A stretch of DNA of 55,823 nucleotides, counting the filler, from Squatina squatina (Eukaryota), in assembly GCA_031763465.1 (NCBI GenBank). It is 3 parts of 3 records of this genome, joined end to end, with 100 filler letters (N's around TTAATTAATTAA, not from the genome) between each part and the next. Parts side by side here need not be neighbours in the genome. Positions count along the whole stretch, not along the records: positions 1 to 13,996 come from JARFOE010000004.1; 2 more parts are not named here. The stretch is one strand, 5' to 3'. Shown here in pieces: positions 1-11,124 of the stretch. The position numbers were made by a program, and so were the translations under genes. The notes beneath the pieces are model-generated. The model was not told where the DNA came from. It made no database searches and was given only the letters and a program-made list of their open reading frames with translations. Each line of letters begins with the position of its first letter. Within the stretch, counting starts at the first letter, position 1.

Positions 1-214
1 TCTGAGATGGCCATTTTCTGTTCTTGTGTGCCTACCACTTGGCAGCATAAACTTGGACATTGTAGCCTGGCATAGGCTGCTTCATTATCAGACGAGTTAT
101 GAATGGAGCTGAACACTTTTGTAAGATATTCCTTCTAGTCAAACCATAACACTTTAATTTTCCCTGTTACATTGTGGGTTTTTTTAAAGTTGTGATTATT
201 CTTACCTTTTTCAG

Positions 215-389
215 AGATTCCATCTCCGCCTGGTGCTGTTCGCTGTGCAAGAAACACAAAGCATTCAGTTGTTGTGCATTGGTTGGCTTCAAAAAATGAC
301 AGCGAACTGTTCGGCTACTATATCGATTCCTGTTTGGTGGGAACCAATGACTGGCAGCCATGCAATCATAAGCCTGTAAAATACACAAG
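215..389 (+). CDS. MYOM2: Myomesin-2 internal exon (FN3 domain, N-terminal half)
   Basis: ttttcag acceptor. Translates (E)IPSPPGAVRCARNTKHSVVVHWLASKNDSELFGYYIDSCLVGTNDWQPCNHKPVKYT(R), matching recalled MYOM2 VPSAPGRVLASRNTKTSVVVQW...GYYVD...WEPCNHKP. Ends phase 2 at AG|GT, compatible with the next exon. Confidence 0.92.
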
Positions 390-1193
390 GTCTTCCTCAC
401 AATTCCTTGTCTTCAATTTGTATGAATTAAAAATAACATTTTGTTTTAAGTTAGCATCCCACTGCATTTCACTCAATCAACAGCCCTTTTTGTCTGTTGC
501 AGTACGTAAGCTTTCCTCTTAAAAATATTATATGGCTCAGTGGGTTTATGCTGGAACCTCTGCCTGCCCTTTATAAAACCACTGACGCAGAGGCAGAGCT
601 GGGGTTAGTGACCCTCGATACTGGGTCTTCCTGCATCCCTGGCTCAAAAGGGACCTGCCTTAATATTGGAGGCCAGCACTGAGATAGGTGAGACGTATCA
701 ACTTTGAAAAGGTTGCAAGTGGGCCCAATCAGGGGATCCATGTCAGGGAAGCAGCCTAGACCCACAAAGATAAGAAACATAGAAAAAAAAAGGTGCCAAT
801 TTCTTTCTGTGAATTCTGAAGGGGCACTCCATGTGTTGCTTTCTTGTTGATTCTGCAAACTCTGGCAGAGTGGCACCAGCGGACGTGATCTTGGTGTAAT
901 CGCTGGAGTTGCGACCCGTGGGTTTTTGGGCCTTTAGCTTCAGATCACTACTTTTATTTTTAAAGCTAGCAGGTCAATAAATGTAAACAACCAGAAAAGC
1001 TTAATTAGTAATGAATGAGGGAAGAGGGGAGATTTAACACCCAGCAAACATTTCCTAGTTTAGATTTTATAACTGGATATATCACCTCCACAATTATATT
1101 CTTACTGACAGACTTGTGGAAGGATGTGAATGTATTTATCTTAACTGAAAAATTGCTTCAAAACAATATTTTTCCTGTGTTTTCCCCCATTAG

Positions 1194-1315
1194 ATTTGTT
1201 GTTCATGGTCTAAAGGCTATGCATAAGTACATCTTCCGTGTGAAGGCAGTCAATGCTGTGGGAGTAAGTGAGGAGTCCCAAGAATCGGAACCTATTATTG
1301 TCCAAGCAGCTCTTA
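1194..1315 (+). CDS. MYOM2: Myomesin-2 internal exon (FN3 domain, C-terminal half)
   Basis: Pyrimidine tract plus tag acceptor and GTGAGT donor. FVVHGLKAMHKYIFRVKAVNAVGVSEESQESEPIIVQAAL matches MYOM2 FVVHGL...YIFRVKAVNAVGMSENSQES...VQAAL. Confidence 0.95.
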
Positions 1316-1399
1316 GTGAGTACCCATTCCTGGTTCTCAAACAGNNNNNNNNNNCAAAACACGAGGCTAGAAACCATTACTGAAGCAAATAAAGATAGC

Positions 1400-1588
1400 A
1401 GTTTAATCATTTGGAATGCACTGCCTGATAAGATGGTGGATACAGATACAGATTCAACAGCAGCCTTTAAAACGGAATTGGATAAATACTTGAAGTAGAA
1501 AAAATTACAGGGATATGGGGAAAGAGTGTAGGAGGGGGACTAAATGGATTGCTCTTTGAAAGAGCCGGCACAGACTCGATGGGCCGAA
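1400..1588 (+). mobile_element. CR1 LINE 3' end fragment
   Basis: WNALPDKMV...AFKTELDKYLK ORF2 C-terminus plus the 3' UTR motif gagccggcacagactcgatgggccgaa. Confidence 0.7.
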
Positions 1589-2461
1589 NNNNNNNNNNNN
1601 NNNNNNNNNNNNNNNNNNNNNNNNNNNNNNNNNNNNNNNNNNNNNNNNNNNNNNNNNNNNNNNNNNNNNNNNNNNNNNNNNNNNNNNNCTGTACCACCTC
1701 CGATTGACCGCAGAATATTTCAGCTCACCTGATCTAGTAATGAAACCCAGCACACTATTTAAGTTTTTTATTGCTGCTTCACTCTGTTTAGACGTGGCTG
1801 GCAAATTCCTCAAAACTGTTGCTGCTCTGCTGGCATTACTTCACTGGAAGTGCAGTGGAAAAAATCTGTTTATGAGCAAGTATAAGGAATTTCCCAGCCA
1901 TGCTGAGCAAAAAGTGAACTAATATCTTAAGGTCTCTTAAATTCCATCTTGGCAAGTTCCATCCCACTCATGCCTCCTATTGTTACTTCCAATACGCGAA
2001 ACTTTTCATTTCTCCATATTGAATTCACTTGCACTGAGCAGCCCAGGTGCAAACCCTGTTTTGTTCTTTATAAAATTTGTGCTGTGCCCTCAGTCTACAG
2101 TCCCCTGTAACTTGGCTGCAAATGTAACTGCTTTACATTGTGACTGCGATTCCAGGTCACTTCTGCATACCAGGAACAGGGACCTGGAGTAAAACACAAT
2201 GGGGTTAAATTTGTGCAAGCATTCTCCCAAATGTCCACTGTAAATTTTGCTGTTTACGCTGTTTCTCCAGAGTTTCTGTGGGTCATCTGCTAAATTTATG
2301 GTGGACAATTGCGAAAATCCCCATTGAAATTAATGGCAAATGATTTTTGTTTGGAGATTGTAACATACACTACAGTATAAAATTACTTCCAAGAAGTTTT
2401 CTGCTGCAATCCATGGTAATAGCAATATTGATGGATTCTTTCTTTTGTTGTTCCTTAAAAG

Positions 2462-2588
2462 GTTGAAAATCTGAAAGAAGGTGGTTTTTATGAGTTTAAA
2501 GTCAGTGCTATGAATCTGGGTGGTGTTGGCATCCCTTCAGAGTCCAGCCGGCCTTTCAAGTGTGAAGCATGGACTATGCCAGAACCAG
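2462..2588 (+). CDS. MYOM2: Myomesin-2 internal exon (FN3 domain)
   Basis: aag acceptor and GTAATA donor. VENLKEGGFYEFKVSAMNLGGVGIPSESSRPFKCEAWTMPEP(G) contains the MYOM2 motif FKCEAWTMPEPG. Confidence 0.95.
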
Positions 2589-3739
2589 GTAATAGAACTT
2601 CCAGAGGCATGTCATTATTAACACAATTCACTAATAATGTCGACCAGTCGCTTAGACTAGGTGTGCATCTTCATTTTGTAACCTGCTTTGCAAAAGAGTT
2701 TGATAGCAATATTTAAGAAAAAGACCTCAAAATTCCTGGGGCTGGAAAGGTGGAAAGCCTGATTTCCGCTTGGGGCAGGGGGAGGCAGGAAGTTGGGATG
2801 AAAGCTGGTTAAATCAGGATTCTGCCCCATTCATATGGTTCTTTATATTCCGATGGAGGAGGGCCAAGGGTGGTTTTCAAGGGGACATGTTGGGTGGAGT
2901 TGCCGAGCTACCATGGGATTCCTGCCTTTACCCTTTGAAAGGTCTCAGTGGACACCTGGCGTAAGTCCCTTTGAGGCCTTCTGAGAGGCCCCAAACCTTA
3001 TCTTGGCTGAGGTGATTGATCCCAGTGGAGACTGATAATCTTGCCTGGAGATAAAATGGTTCATTTTAGAACTGAATACTTCGAAAGTTAAATATTTTCT
3101 TGAGCCCTGTTTGGACCTTCAGAGGACTTCAGGTGGACTGCCTCTGGGTTTGCTCCACCTTACAAGAGTTGATCAGGGCAGCTGCTGCTGATGTCCCCGT
3201 ACAGGCACTGGTGGTTTGCCCCATCCGTGCAAATGATCTCAGAAACTTGGGACACCATTGCACTTGCATTGGCGGAGTGGTCCTCCATGAATTTCAGGAC
3301 CAAATATTCTGTCATTGGAAAGTAAGTACTGCATAAATACCCAGCTTAAATAATTAAACGGGAAGGGAGTATATTCAACTGATTTTTCATAGTGATGTTA
3401 ATCTTTCCAGTGTTGTGGACATGCTTGCTTGTCCAAGCGCGGTTGGGCTCAATCAGGTCACAAATGAGTTTCCTCATGTCAAAGAACAACCTGGCCACAT
3501 TTACAACGTGATAATGCCAAAACTTCAATGGATTTGCTTTTGACTGGCTGATAAAAGGCCTTAAAGTTAGTTTACAGCCACTGAATATTGATTTTTTTTT
3601 GGAAAGTTTGTTCTCACTTCCAAAATTGAGGGTAAAAAAAACAGTGGAAGTAAAACATTCCAAGGTTTTTTTGTTGGGTGGCAGGAGGGGAGAGGGTGTG
3701 GTAAGAAAAAGTCTTATCTTAGAATAGGTAGAAATAAAT

Positions 3740-4080
3740 CATACTAAAATTAAAGAAATACTAGGGGCTTTCAAAATTATGAAAGATTTTGTGAATGTGA
3801 ATCTTGAAAAGTGAAAGATGTTTCCACTAGTTGGTGAACTGGTAACCAGGTAAGTGAAGGAGCAAACGGAGGGTTATTCAGACTCACTTTACCACAAGTA
3901 GCTACTGAGGCAGAGAAAGAAGCATCATTTAAAAGGGAATATAAGTATTTGAAAAGGAAGAATGATAAGTTTTTAAGGAAAGGGCTGGGAAGTGGGAGTA
4001 AAGTAGATGGCTCCAGTTGAAGAGGTAGCATTCACACAGATGGGCTGAATGGCATATGCTGTAAACTCCACGATTATATG
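3740..4080 (+). mobile_element. Degenerate CR1 LINE 3' end
   Basis: Same 3'-end motifs as 1400-1588 (atttaaaagggaa...tatttgaaaagg...gatgggctgaatggc). Confidence 0.55.
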
Positions 4081-5212
4081 AAAATAAGAATAGACCAGAG
4101 ATGATGATGGTGACAGTGACAGTGTGTGAACTGAAAACTTGGAAAATGAGACAGCCCTGGGTGACATATTTCCTTNNNNNNNNNNNNNNNNNNNNNNNNN
4201 NNNNNNNNNNNNNNNNNNNNNNNNNNNNNNNNNNNNNNNNNNNNNNNNNNNNNNNNNNNNNNNNNNNNNNNNNNNCATTGCACTCTACAATAATGATTTA
4301 TATTTCCTGTCCTGTTGCACATCTATTACGCGTCAGTGGAAGTATATACATGGGCTTACTATTCATGCCACAAGAGGTTGCTATTGCACTTTGTGAATTC
4401 TTTGTTGTATCACAGTAGTTACAAAGCTAGTCAGTGACAACGAACAGAAGAAATTTATCCCAGGTTCCCGAATATTTTAAAATGGGACTGTCTAACTTGC
4501 AAGCCGTATATTTTGATGACATTTTTTTTAACCTTGTGTAATATTTTACATATGAGCTAAAAGAAATACTGAATCTTCTTGTCTTGCCCAATATATGTGT
4601 ACGTGCACTAGTTTAAGATTTGTTAACTTACAGGACAGTCTGCTTCTGAACTGAAGATAAAATGCACCCCAGAAGGAATCAGAATTCAGTCCTTCTTGAA
4701 GTACTACATGGAGGACATGAAGGTTTTCTGGTATCACAAGTATGTGAACCTGTATTAACATACACTGGAATAGTAGATTAATGGCATGTTGCAGAAGTAC
4801 GTGCTTTACACTGTATCGTGATCATGCAGACTTGTTATGCTTAGCTCTACTTACTAGACAACTACCTGATCAGTGAAGTAAGTTGAGTAGAAACTGAAAA
4901 TCCAAAAACTATTTTCTGATAAAGGAGTGATTGTCACTACTCCTGTCCNNNNNNNNNNNNNNNNNNNNNNNNNNNNNNNNNNNNNNNNNNNNNNNNNNNN
5001 NNNNNNNNNNNNNNNNNNNNNNNNNNNNNNNNNNNNNNNNNNNNNNNNAGACGGGGAAGTCAACACTAAGTTTGTTTTTGACTCGCTCATGCCCCTTTCA
5101 CGCTATGAAAGGGGGTCAGAAATCAGGACCTCGGCCTTGCCTGCAGCAGTGCGACAGTAAAAGCTATGAAGTTTTTGTGAACTTTAACTTACTTTTGTGC
5201 CTTGTGCTCCAG

Positions 5213-5572
5213 ACATTGAGCCTCACTTCCACTGTGTTTGGGGATCCGACTCCTGAGGTAACCTGGCTCAAGAATGACAAAGATCTCGAATTGAATGGCC
5301 ACCACAGTGCGACTCTCGAGCAGGGAAAATATGCTTCCCTGACCATTAAAGGCGTTACCACGGACGATTCGGGAAAATATGGCATTAACGTCAGGAACAA
5401 ATATGGCGGCGAGACAATTGACGTCACTGTAAGTGTTTATAAACATGGTGAGGAGATCCCGTTGGTAAAAAGAGGGGCTCAGAAAGCCCCAGAGCAGCCA
5501 AAGGCAGCTCCTCCTAAGGCTGCTAAACCTGCAGAGCCTCCTAAGGATTCAAAGCTTGGAAGAAGAAAGTAA
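5213..5572 (+). CDS. MYOM2: Myomesin-2 last coding exon (C-terminal Ig domain and tail)
   Basis: ctccag acceptor. TLSLTSTVFGDPTPEVTWLKND...DSGKYGINVRNKYGGETIDVTVSVYKHGEEIP...GRRK* matches the MYOM2 C-terminus (IDVTVSVYKHGE). Confidence 0.95.
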   Translation, partial: TLSLTSTVFGDPTPEVTWLKNDKDLELNGHHSATLEQGKYASLTIKGVTTDDSGKYGINVRNKYGGETIDVTVSVYKHGEEIPLVKRGAQKAPEQPKAAPPKAAKPAEPPKDSKLGRRK

Positions 5573-7389
5573 CGCAAAGATGATTTAAAGTGGTAACTTA
5601 CTGTAAACTTAGCTTGAACGGCAGTGAACAATTACAATTGACCTCAGAATTCCTGCTTCAAGAAAGGAAAATTGGAAATTATTAATTAATCAAACTATTA
5701 ATGGATATTCCTACGCCTGTCACTGTCCAGTACACGTATGTGTATTTTGACTGAGAAGAGGATGAAGCTCAACCAAGTTGAATAGGCTGTCGAACCTTAT
5801 AACTATACAGGCTCATGCATGAACTATGATTATCTCAATTAGGTAACTGGTGCCACACTCCAGTATGAATCACTGTCAGGGGAGGACCAAAGAAGGAAGA
5901 GGAAGCTGAGAAAAATGGTGATCCACATCAAAACAGATCACACAGTTAATACAAAAAGAGTAATTGTCACTGCTGATGATGACTAACGCTTGGCAGATGG
6001 GCATTTCATGAATGATTCTTCTTTCAATATATTNNNNNNNNNNNNNNNNNNNNNNNNNNNNNNNNNNNNNNNNNNNNNNNNNNNNNNNNNNNNNNNNNNN
6101 NNNNNNNNNNNNNNNNNNNNNNNNNNNNNNNNNCGGGGCACCAACAGGATGGTCAGCGGCCCTCCCCTTTAGAGGATGCCTGGCCATGCTTCTGACATCA
6201 GCATGCAGCGACGCTGACGCGGTGCAGCTAACATCACTGGTGTGGCGCTGAGGCCACATCAGCGACGTCCCCGGCCGGCTGCCCCAGGCATCGTTGCACC
6301 TCGCTCCCACCCCGGACAGCTAATTTTTGCGGCGAGCAGGGAGTTTCGGGAGCCGGCGAGAAAAATGATGGCTCCTGCCCACTGCTGCCTTGGAAGCGCC
6401 TGGCCTGAATTGTGTGCCTTTCTGACTGACAAGTGAATCAGGCGCTCTAAACAGAGCTGTGTTTCAACATAAGCTGTACATCACAGGCCCTAAGATTTCA
6501 TGTACTCAAAGCTACAGGTCAATTCGCAGGGGCCAACTTCCTGAGAACATGAAAGCATTCCTTCTCCAACTGCATCATTAGGGAGAGCACATTGCTCAGA
6601 ATTGGCACATCCACTCAGCCAATCAATCTGCCAACACCGCTGGAGAAACAGATGTGTATTGTACCACAAGCCAGCCAAGGGTTGATGCCTTCCCCCCATA
6701 ACTATCAAACAAACCAGCCAAAAACCCTGCTCCTGGACAGCCAATGATCAATAGTTCCACTCGATCGCCAAGGACTGGATAGTCTCAGCAGGGAAGCAGA
6801 AACGAAAGCCTATCATTGGACTAGGAAATAATTCAAATGTAAAAGCTCTCCATCTACCTTTGCTTCTGTTGGCTCAAACTGCTCACCCATTACGAGCCAT
6901 AACGGCAAAAAAGCAAAGATAAATTGTGCAGGATTTACAGCACTTGTGCACAGAGGGACAGGCCAGCGAAATGTGGATATTTTGAATTTAGCCCAAAATA
7001 GCCAGCTGAAGTTAGTTTGGATTTGGAATTTGCCAGAATGCTCAGCACGAACATCAAATGGTGGGTGAAAAACTTAGTTGAGGGGACAGCACCTAATATG
7101 TAGGAGGGGGATTATGGGGTTCGACGTAAGTGATTTGGAAAGTGGAACTAATACTCGTGTGTTGGAAAGACAATAGTTTTCTACAAAGTTTGGAGCAGCT
7201 TATTAGCTTTTGTTGTGCGAATTATTTTCCTGTGAAAAATAATGACCAAAACCTGCTTATTCCTTGATGTGACAATTACGATTTCAAACAAGAAAATCAG
7301 AGCTTAGCAACCACATTTAACAAAATAGTAAATTCATCATATGAAGCTATCATTGCCAGATTCCATCATTGTGACTGCTACATATATAA

Positions 7390-7395
7390 AATAAA
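7390..7395 (+). promoter_or_regulatory. Candidate MYOM2 polyadenylation signal
   Basis: AATAAA followed by T/GT-rich sequence downstream of the MYOM2 stop. One gap intervenes. Confidence 0.35.
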
Positions 7396-8160
7396 TATAC
7401 TTTTAATGCATGTAGTTATTTTGATTTATTTCAGTCTTTTGATGCCAGCTCTTGTTGTCCCTGGTGTCCTTCTGGTCACCGGGGCATCTCTTGGCTTTGT
7501 TTAGCTGCTCCCGCCTTTTGTGGCTTCCCAGCTTCCCTGTCATCTTGTAAACAGAAGGTCTTTGGCCTCAGTGCTCTCTTGCTGGCCTGTTAACCTCTGT
7601 CGCCTTTGAATAATCCATGTTTAGTTGGCTTCTGGCCCCACTACTTCTCTGGCTCTACCTCCATCCAGCCTGCGCTGGCCCCATTGAAAATCATTGCTCA
7701 GTTCAACTTCAAAAAAAATAAACAACATTTTTCAGCCAGCTGGTTCTGCTCGACCTGCCCAGCTCTTAGCCAACTTGATCGCCTGTTAATGATCTCTTCA
7801 CTGCCCAGACTACTCTTTAAAAGCTGGTTCTTGTCCTTCACTGGGAGCCAGCCTTTGGTTTCTCTGAAGGGGTCACACATGACATTTAGGAGTGCGCCCT
7901 TATTTAATATGGTTCCTAGTTTTAAATGCCGGGGCATTCCCTATATTGTGGGGAAGCTATTTATATAATCCCATTTAGGAAGCTTGTTCCCGGAAAAGAC
8001 CAGCAATTGGCTTTGAAATCACAAACAGATTGTGTTAATCTGCAGACTCCTGGTTTGATTTTTCTAAACAGAAAACTACTGGTTGTTCACAAAAATAACT
8101 CAAGAGCTTACGAAATGGGAAGTCCTTGTCATTTAAATCTGTAGCTGCCAGGGAAACTTA

Positions 8161-8931
8161 GGGGCCGACATTCGGTAGCGCCCTGTTTGGGGAGGTAACT
8201 TTTCACTTTGAGAAAATTTAGCGAGTTGCCTTGCCAAATTGTGTGAGATTTGGCATTCTTGCCCCAGGAGTGAAGGGGGACAGTAAATAAGGTGTTAATG
8301 GCCTTAGCTGGGCGCTGCAGGGGCGAGATTCACAGCTAGTTACCCACTTTCAGCTGTGTTCCATTCAACAATCAGCCTTCAATCTTTGACTCCAACTCGA
8401 TTTAGCTCTGAAAGGAAGGCCATTGGAACCTGCATCGCTGAAATTGAGTCAGTCCTCCTTGGGCCTGAGGAACATTCTAAAATGGCTGCTGCTAACCCCC
8501 CTTCAGGGGAGTGTGCCACACAATTTAACCATGTGTATCTGGAGACGTTGGTGGGAGCACTGGAGACAAGGAGGGAGTCACTGTTCTCTGCATTGGGAAG
8601 GAGGTCATCCCTGCAAGTTTTCCAGGCAATGTAGCAAAAGGTTGTCCAGGAAGTGTCGGCCAGTACAGTGGTGCAGAGAAGCCTCACCCAGTGCAGGAAA
8701 AAGTTCAGTGACCTCTGTCGGATGGTGAAGGTGAGTACATGCTTCCATACCTCCTCCATGCCAGCCGCTCAACCTCTGTCTGCGCCCAATGTGCAAATCA
8801 CCACTTCCACACCAGTCAAATGCCAAGCATCTGCAGCTACTCACACTCACATCTTCATCTCACACCTTGACTACATTCACAGCTATTCAACCACAGCAGG
8901 CATATCTTCCACGTACATGACTGGACTCTTA
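8161..8931 (+). mobile_element. PIF/Harbinger transposon remnant with Myb/SANT-like gene exon 1 (8482-8730)
   Basis: Starts tta|ggggcc. MAAANP...QFNHVYLETLVGALETRRESLF...AM*QKVVQEVSASTVVQRSLTQCRKKFSDLCRMVK then GTGAGT donor. Trihelix Myb/SANT pattern, with one TAG at the conserved Trp. Confidence 0.75.
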
Positions 8932-10499
8932 NNNNNNNNNNNNNNNNNNNNNNNNNNNNNNNNNNNNNNNNNNNNNNNNNNNNNNNNNNNNNNNNNNNNN
9001 NNNNNNNNNNNNNNNNNNNNNNNNNNNNNNNGTCTTGCATTTACATAGCACCTAATCATGTTGAAATGTCTCAAAGGATTTTACTCAATGAATTACTTTC
9101 TGGAGTGTAATGATTGTTCTTATGCAAATAAACAGCATGGCTTCCCTCAAAGAATGCTATTTCCCTGTGATCCTCATGAATGGCAGAATATCAAGGGACA
9201 GTCACATTTTCAAAACCTTGCAGAGTGCAAATTCATTGTAGTCATGGGAATATAATGATTCTCATTTTTTTCCCACTCAATTTTGGGAAACGTTGCTATA
9301 TAAATTCTTAGCCTTGTGCTGTCATGGAAGAAAATTGTTTCTTCTATTGGGCTATTTGTAGAAAAATGGCTCACCATAAATCAATGTAATTAAAATACAC
9401 ATCACACAAAATGGAGGCTGTGCAAAAAGACATGCACTGCTCATTGTGGCTGTAAGCCGAATGACCGTATCACCGCTATTGAGGAAACTAAGAGCATCGA
9501 TTTTTATGTCCATAATACATGCATTGCTATGGGGTAGCTTTTTTGAACATTAAAAGATGCAATTCTTCTGTTCTTATCATATCAATACTGCACTTGTGTG
9601 AAGAATTTAAAAGAGCTCTTGGGAGCATTGCGGCCAGGATCAGTGCTCCACATGTAATTACCACAGCCCCACACTATCTTTACATTTTATACCACAGTTT
9701 TTCCCACTGCCAGCACCACACAGAGGGCAGTGCTCCATCAAAACACACAAATGGCATGGCAGAAGTGCTATTTAAGAGAACAGGCCTTTTCCCTTTTTTT
9801 TCCATTATTCCTGATGGCAGCTAGCAGTACCACAAACTGAATGAGTTTAATGTATTTTTTCCAAATGTCCCAAAAGCAGCCAATTATGCATTTGTAACTC
9901 TCTGATCATCTCCACCGAATGAACCAGAAATGGTTTAAATGTAATAAATGTCCATGTAGGTAAACAACTGCCACCTATTAAGTTCACAGGTCTGTTATGA
10001 ATCTTCTATTTCAGGCAATTCTGTTCAAGAAATACAATACAAAAATAAAGGAATACAACTTGTCGACAGTGGAAAATAACATTTGAATAATCTTTTAAAC
10101 TGGACTTTATTACAAAGAAATAAAAAGAAAAGCACAACAAATTCCTGGAAATCTGAAACGAAAACAGAAAAATATGCAAATACACACCAGATTGGTCAGT
10201 GTTTGTAAACAACAACAACTTGTATTTATATAGCACCTTTAATGTAGTAAAATGTCTNNNNNNNNNNNNNNNNNNNNNNNNNNNNNNNNNNNNNNNNNNN
10301 NNNNNNNNNNNNNNNNNNNNNNNNNNNNNNNNNNNNNNNNNNNNNNNNNNNNNNNNNCTACATAGCAGCAAAACACAATCTTTATGGAAAAGATATCCAA
10401 GAAAGGGCACTGTAGGTCAACCTAGTACAATTCTTCCTTTTCATTTGAGAACTTGATGTTGCTAAAGTGAAAACAGAACTATACGATTAATCTCGTTCT

Positions 10500-10630
10500 A
10501 GAGCCCTCGAGGACTTGAGCATATAATCAAGGCCAATAGCCCCATGCAGTACTGAAGGAATGCTGCATTGTTGGAGGTTCCATCCTTTGGTTTAATGTTA
10601 AAATGAAGCCAATAGTTCAGGTGGATATTA
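10500..10630 (+). mobile_element. Deu-domain SINE fragment
   Basis: gacttgagca...tgcagtactgaaggaatgctgcattgttggagg...gttcaggtggat resembles the recalled DeuSINE core. Confidence 0.55.
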
Positions 10631-10713
10631 ATTTGAAGGAGTTGAATGGATATGTTAGAAATAGTGTTTTAGGCAACTGTTCATAAACAGTGAAATATAA
10701 TAGAGCAATGTCA

Positions 10714-11124
10714 GGGGGTTATTTTGGCCAAAGGGTGAAAATGGGCACTGTGCTAATGAGACGCACCTGTTTGAAAGTGTGGATTTAGCATACCATTTTC
10801 AGGCTAATTGATGATTATCATAACTTAAATGTGAATGCAGGCACTGAAACCGACAACTGGAGGTTTAGCACTCAAGCGTTGATTAAATGCAGATTTCCTG
10901 CAGCTCGATTATGTAGCCTGCATTCGCCCACTTCCACTGAAGGTATGGCACGGAATGACTGACACATAGCGGCAGGTTTCAAGGTGGCTCACGGACCAAG
11001 TGAGAGACCACACAGGTTCTCGGACACGGCACTGGAGGTCCTGGTGGAGGAGTTCCAGAGGAGGGATGTCCTGTACCTACAACGGTGCTGGAGTCCACCT
11101 CGTCCTCCTGACCCTCTCTCCTAC
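10714..11124 (+). mobile_element. Second Harbinger-type Myb/SANT remnant
   Basis: ERPHRFSDTALEVLVEEFQRRDVLY is typical of the N-terminus of Harbinger Myb/SANT proteins. Truncated by a gap; left boundary approximate. Confidence 0.65.

Noticed and set aside
1316-5212. Internally deleted mini-MYOM2 (many exons missing)
   Set aside because: Unsized 100-N gaps lie wherever exons are missing, and the retained exons are intact. Assembly loss is the simpler explanation.
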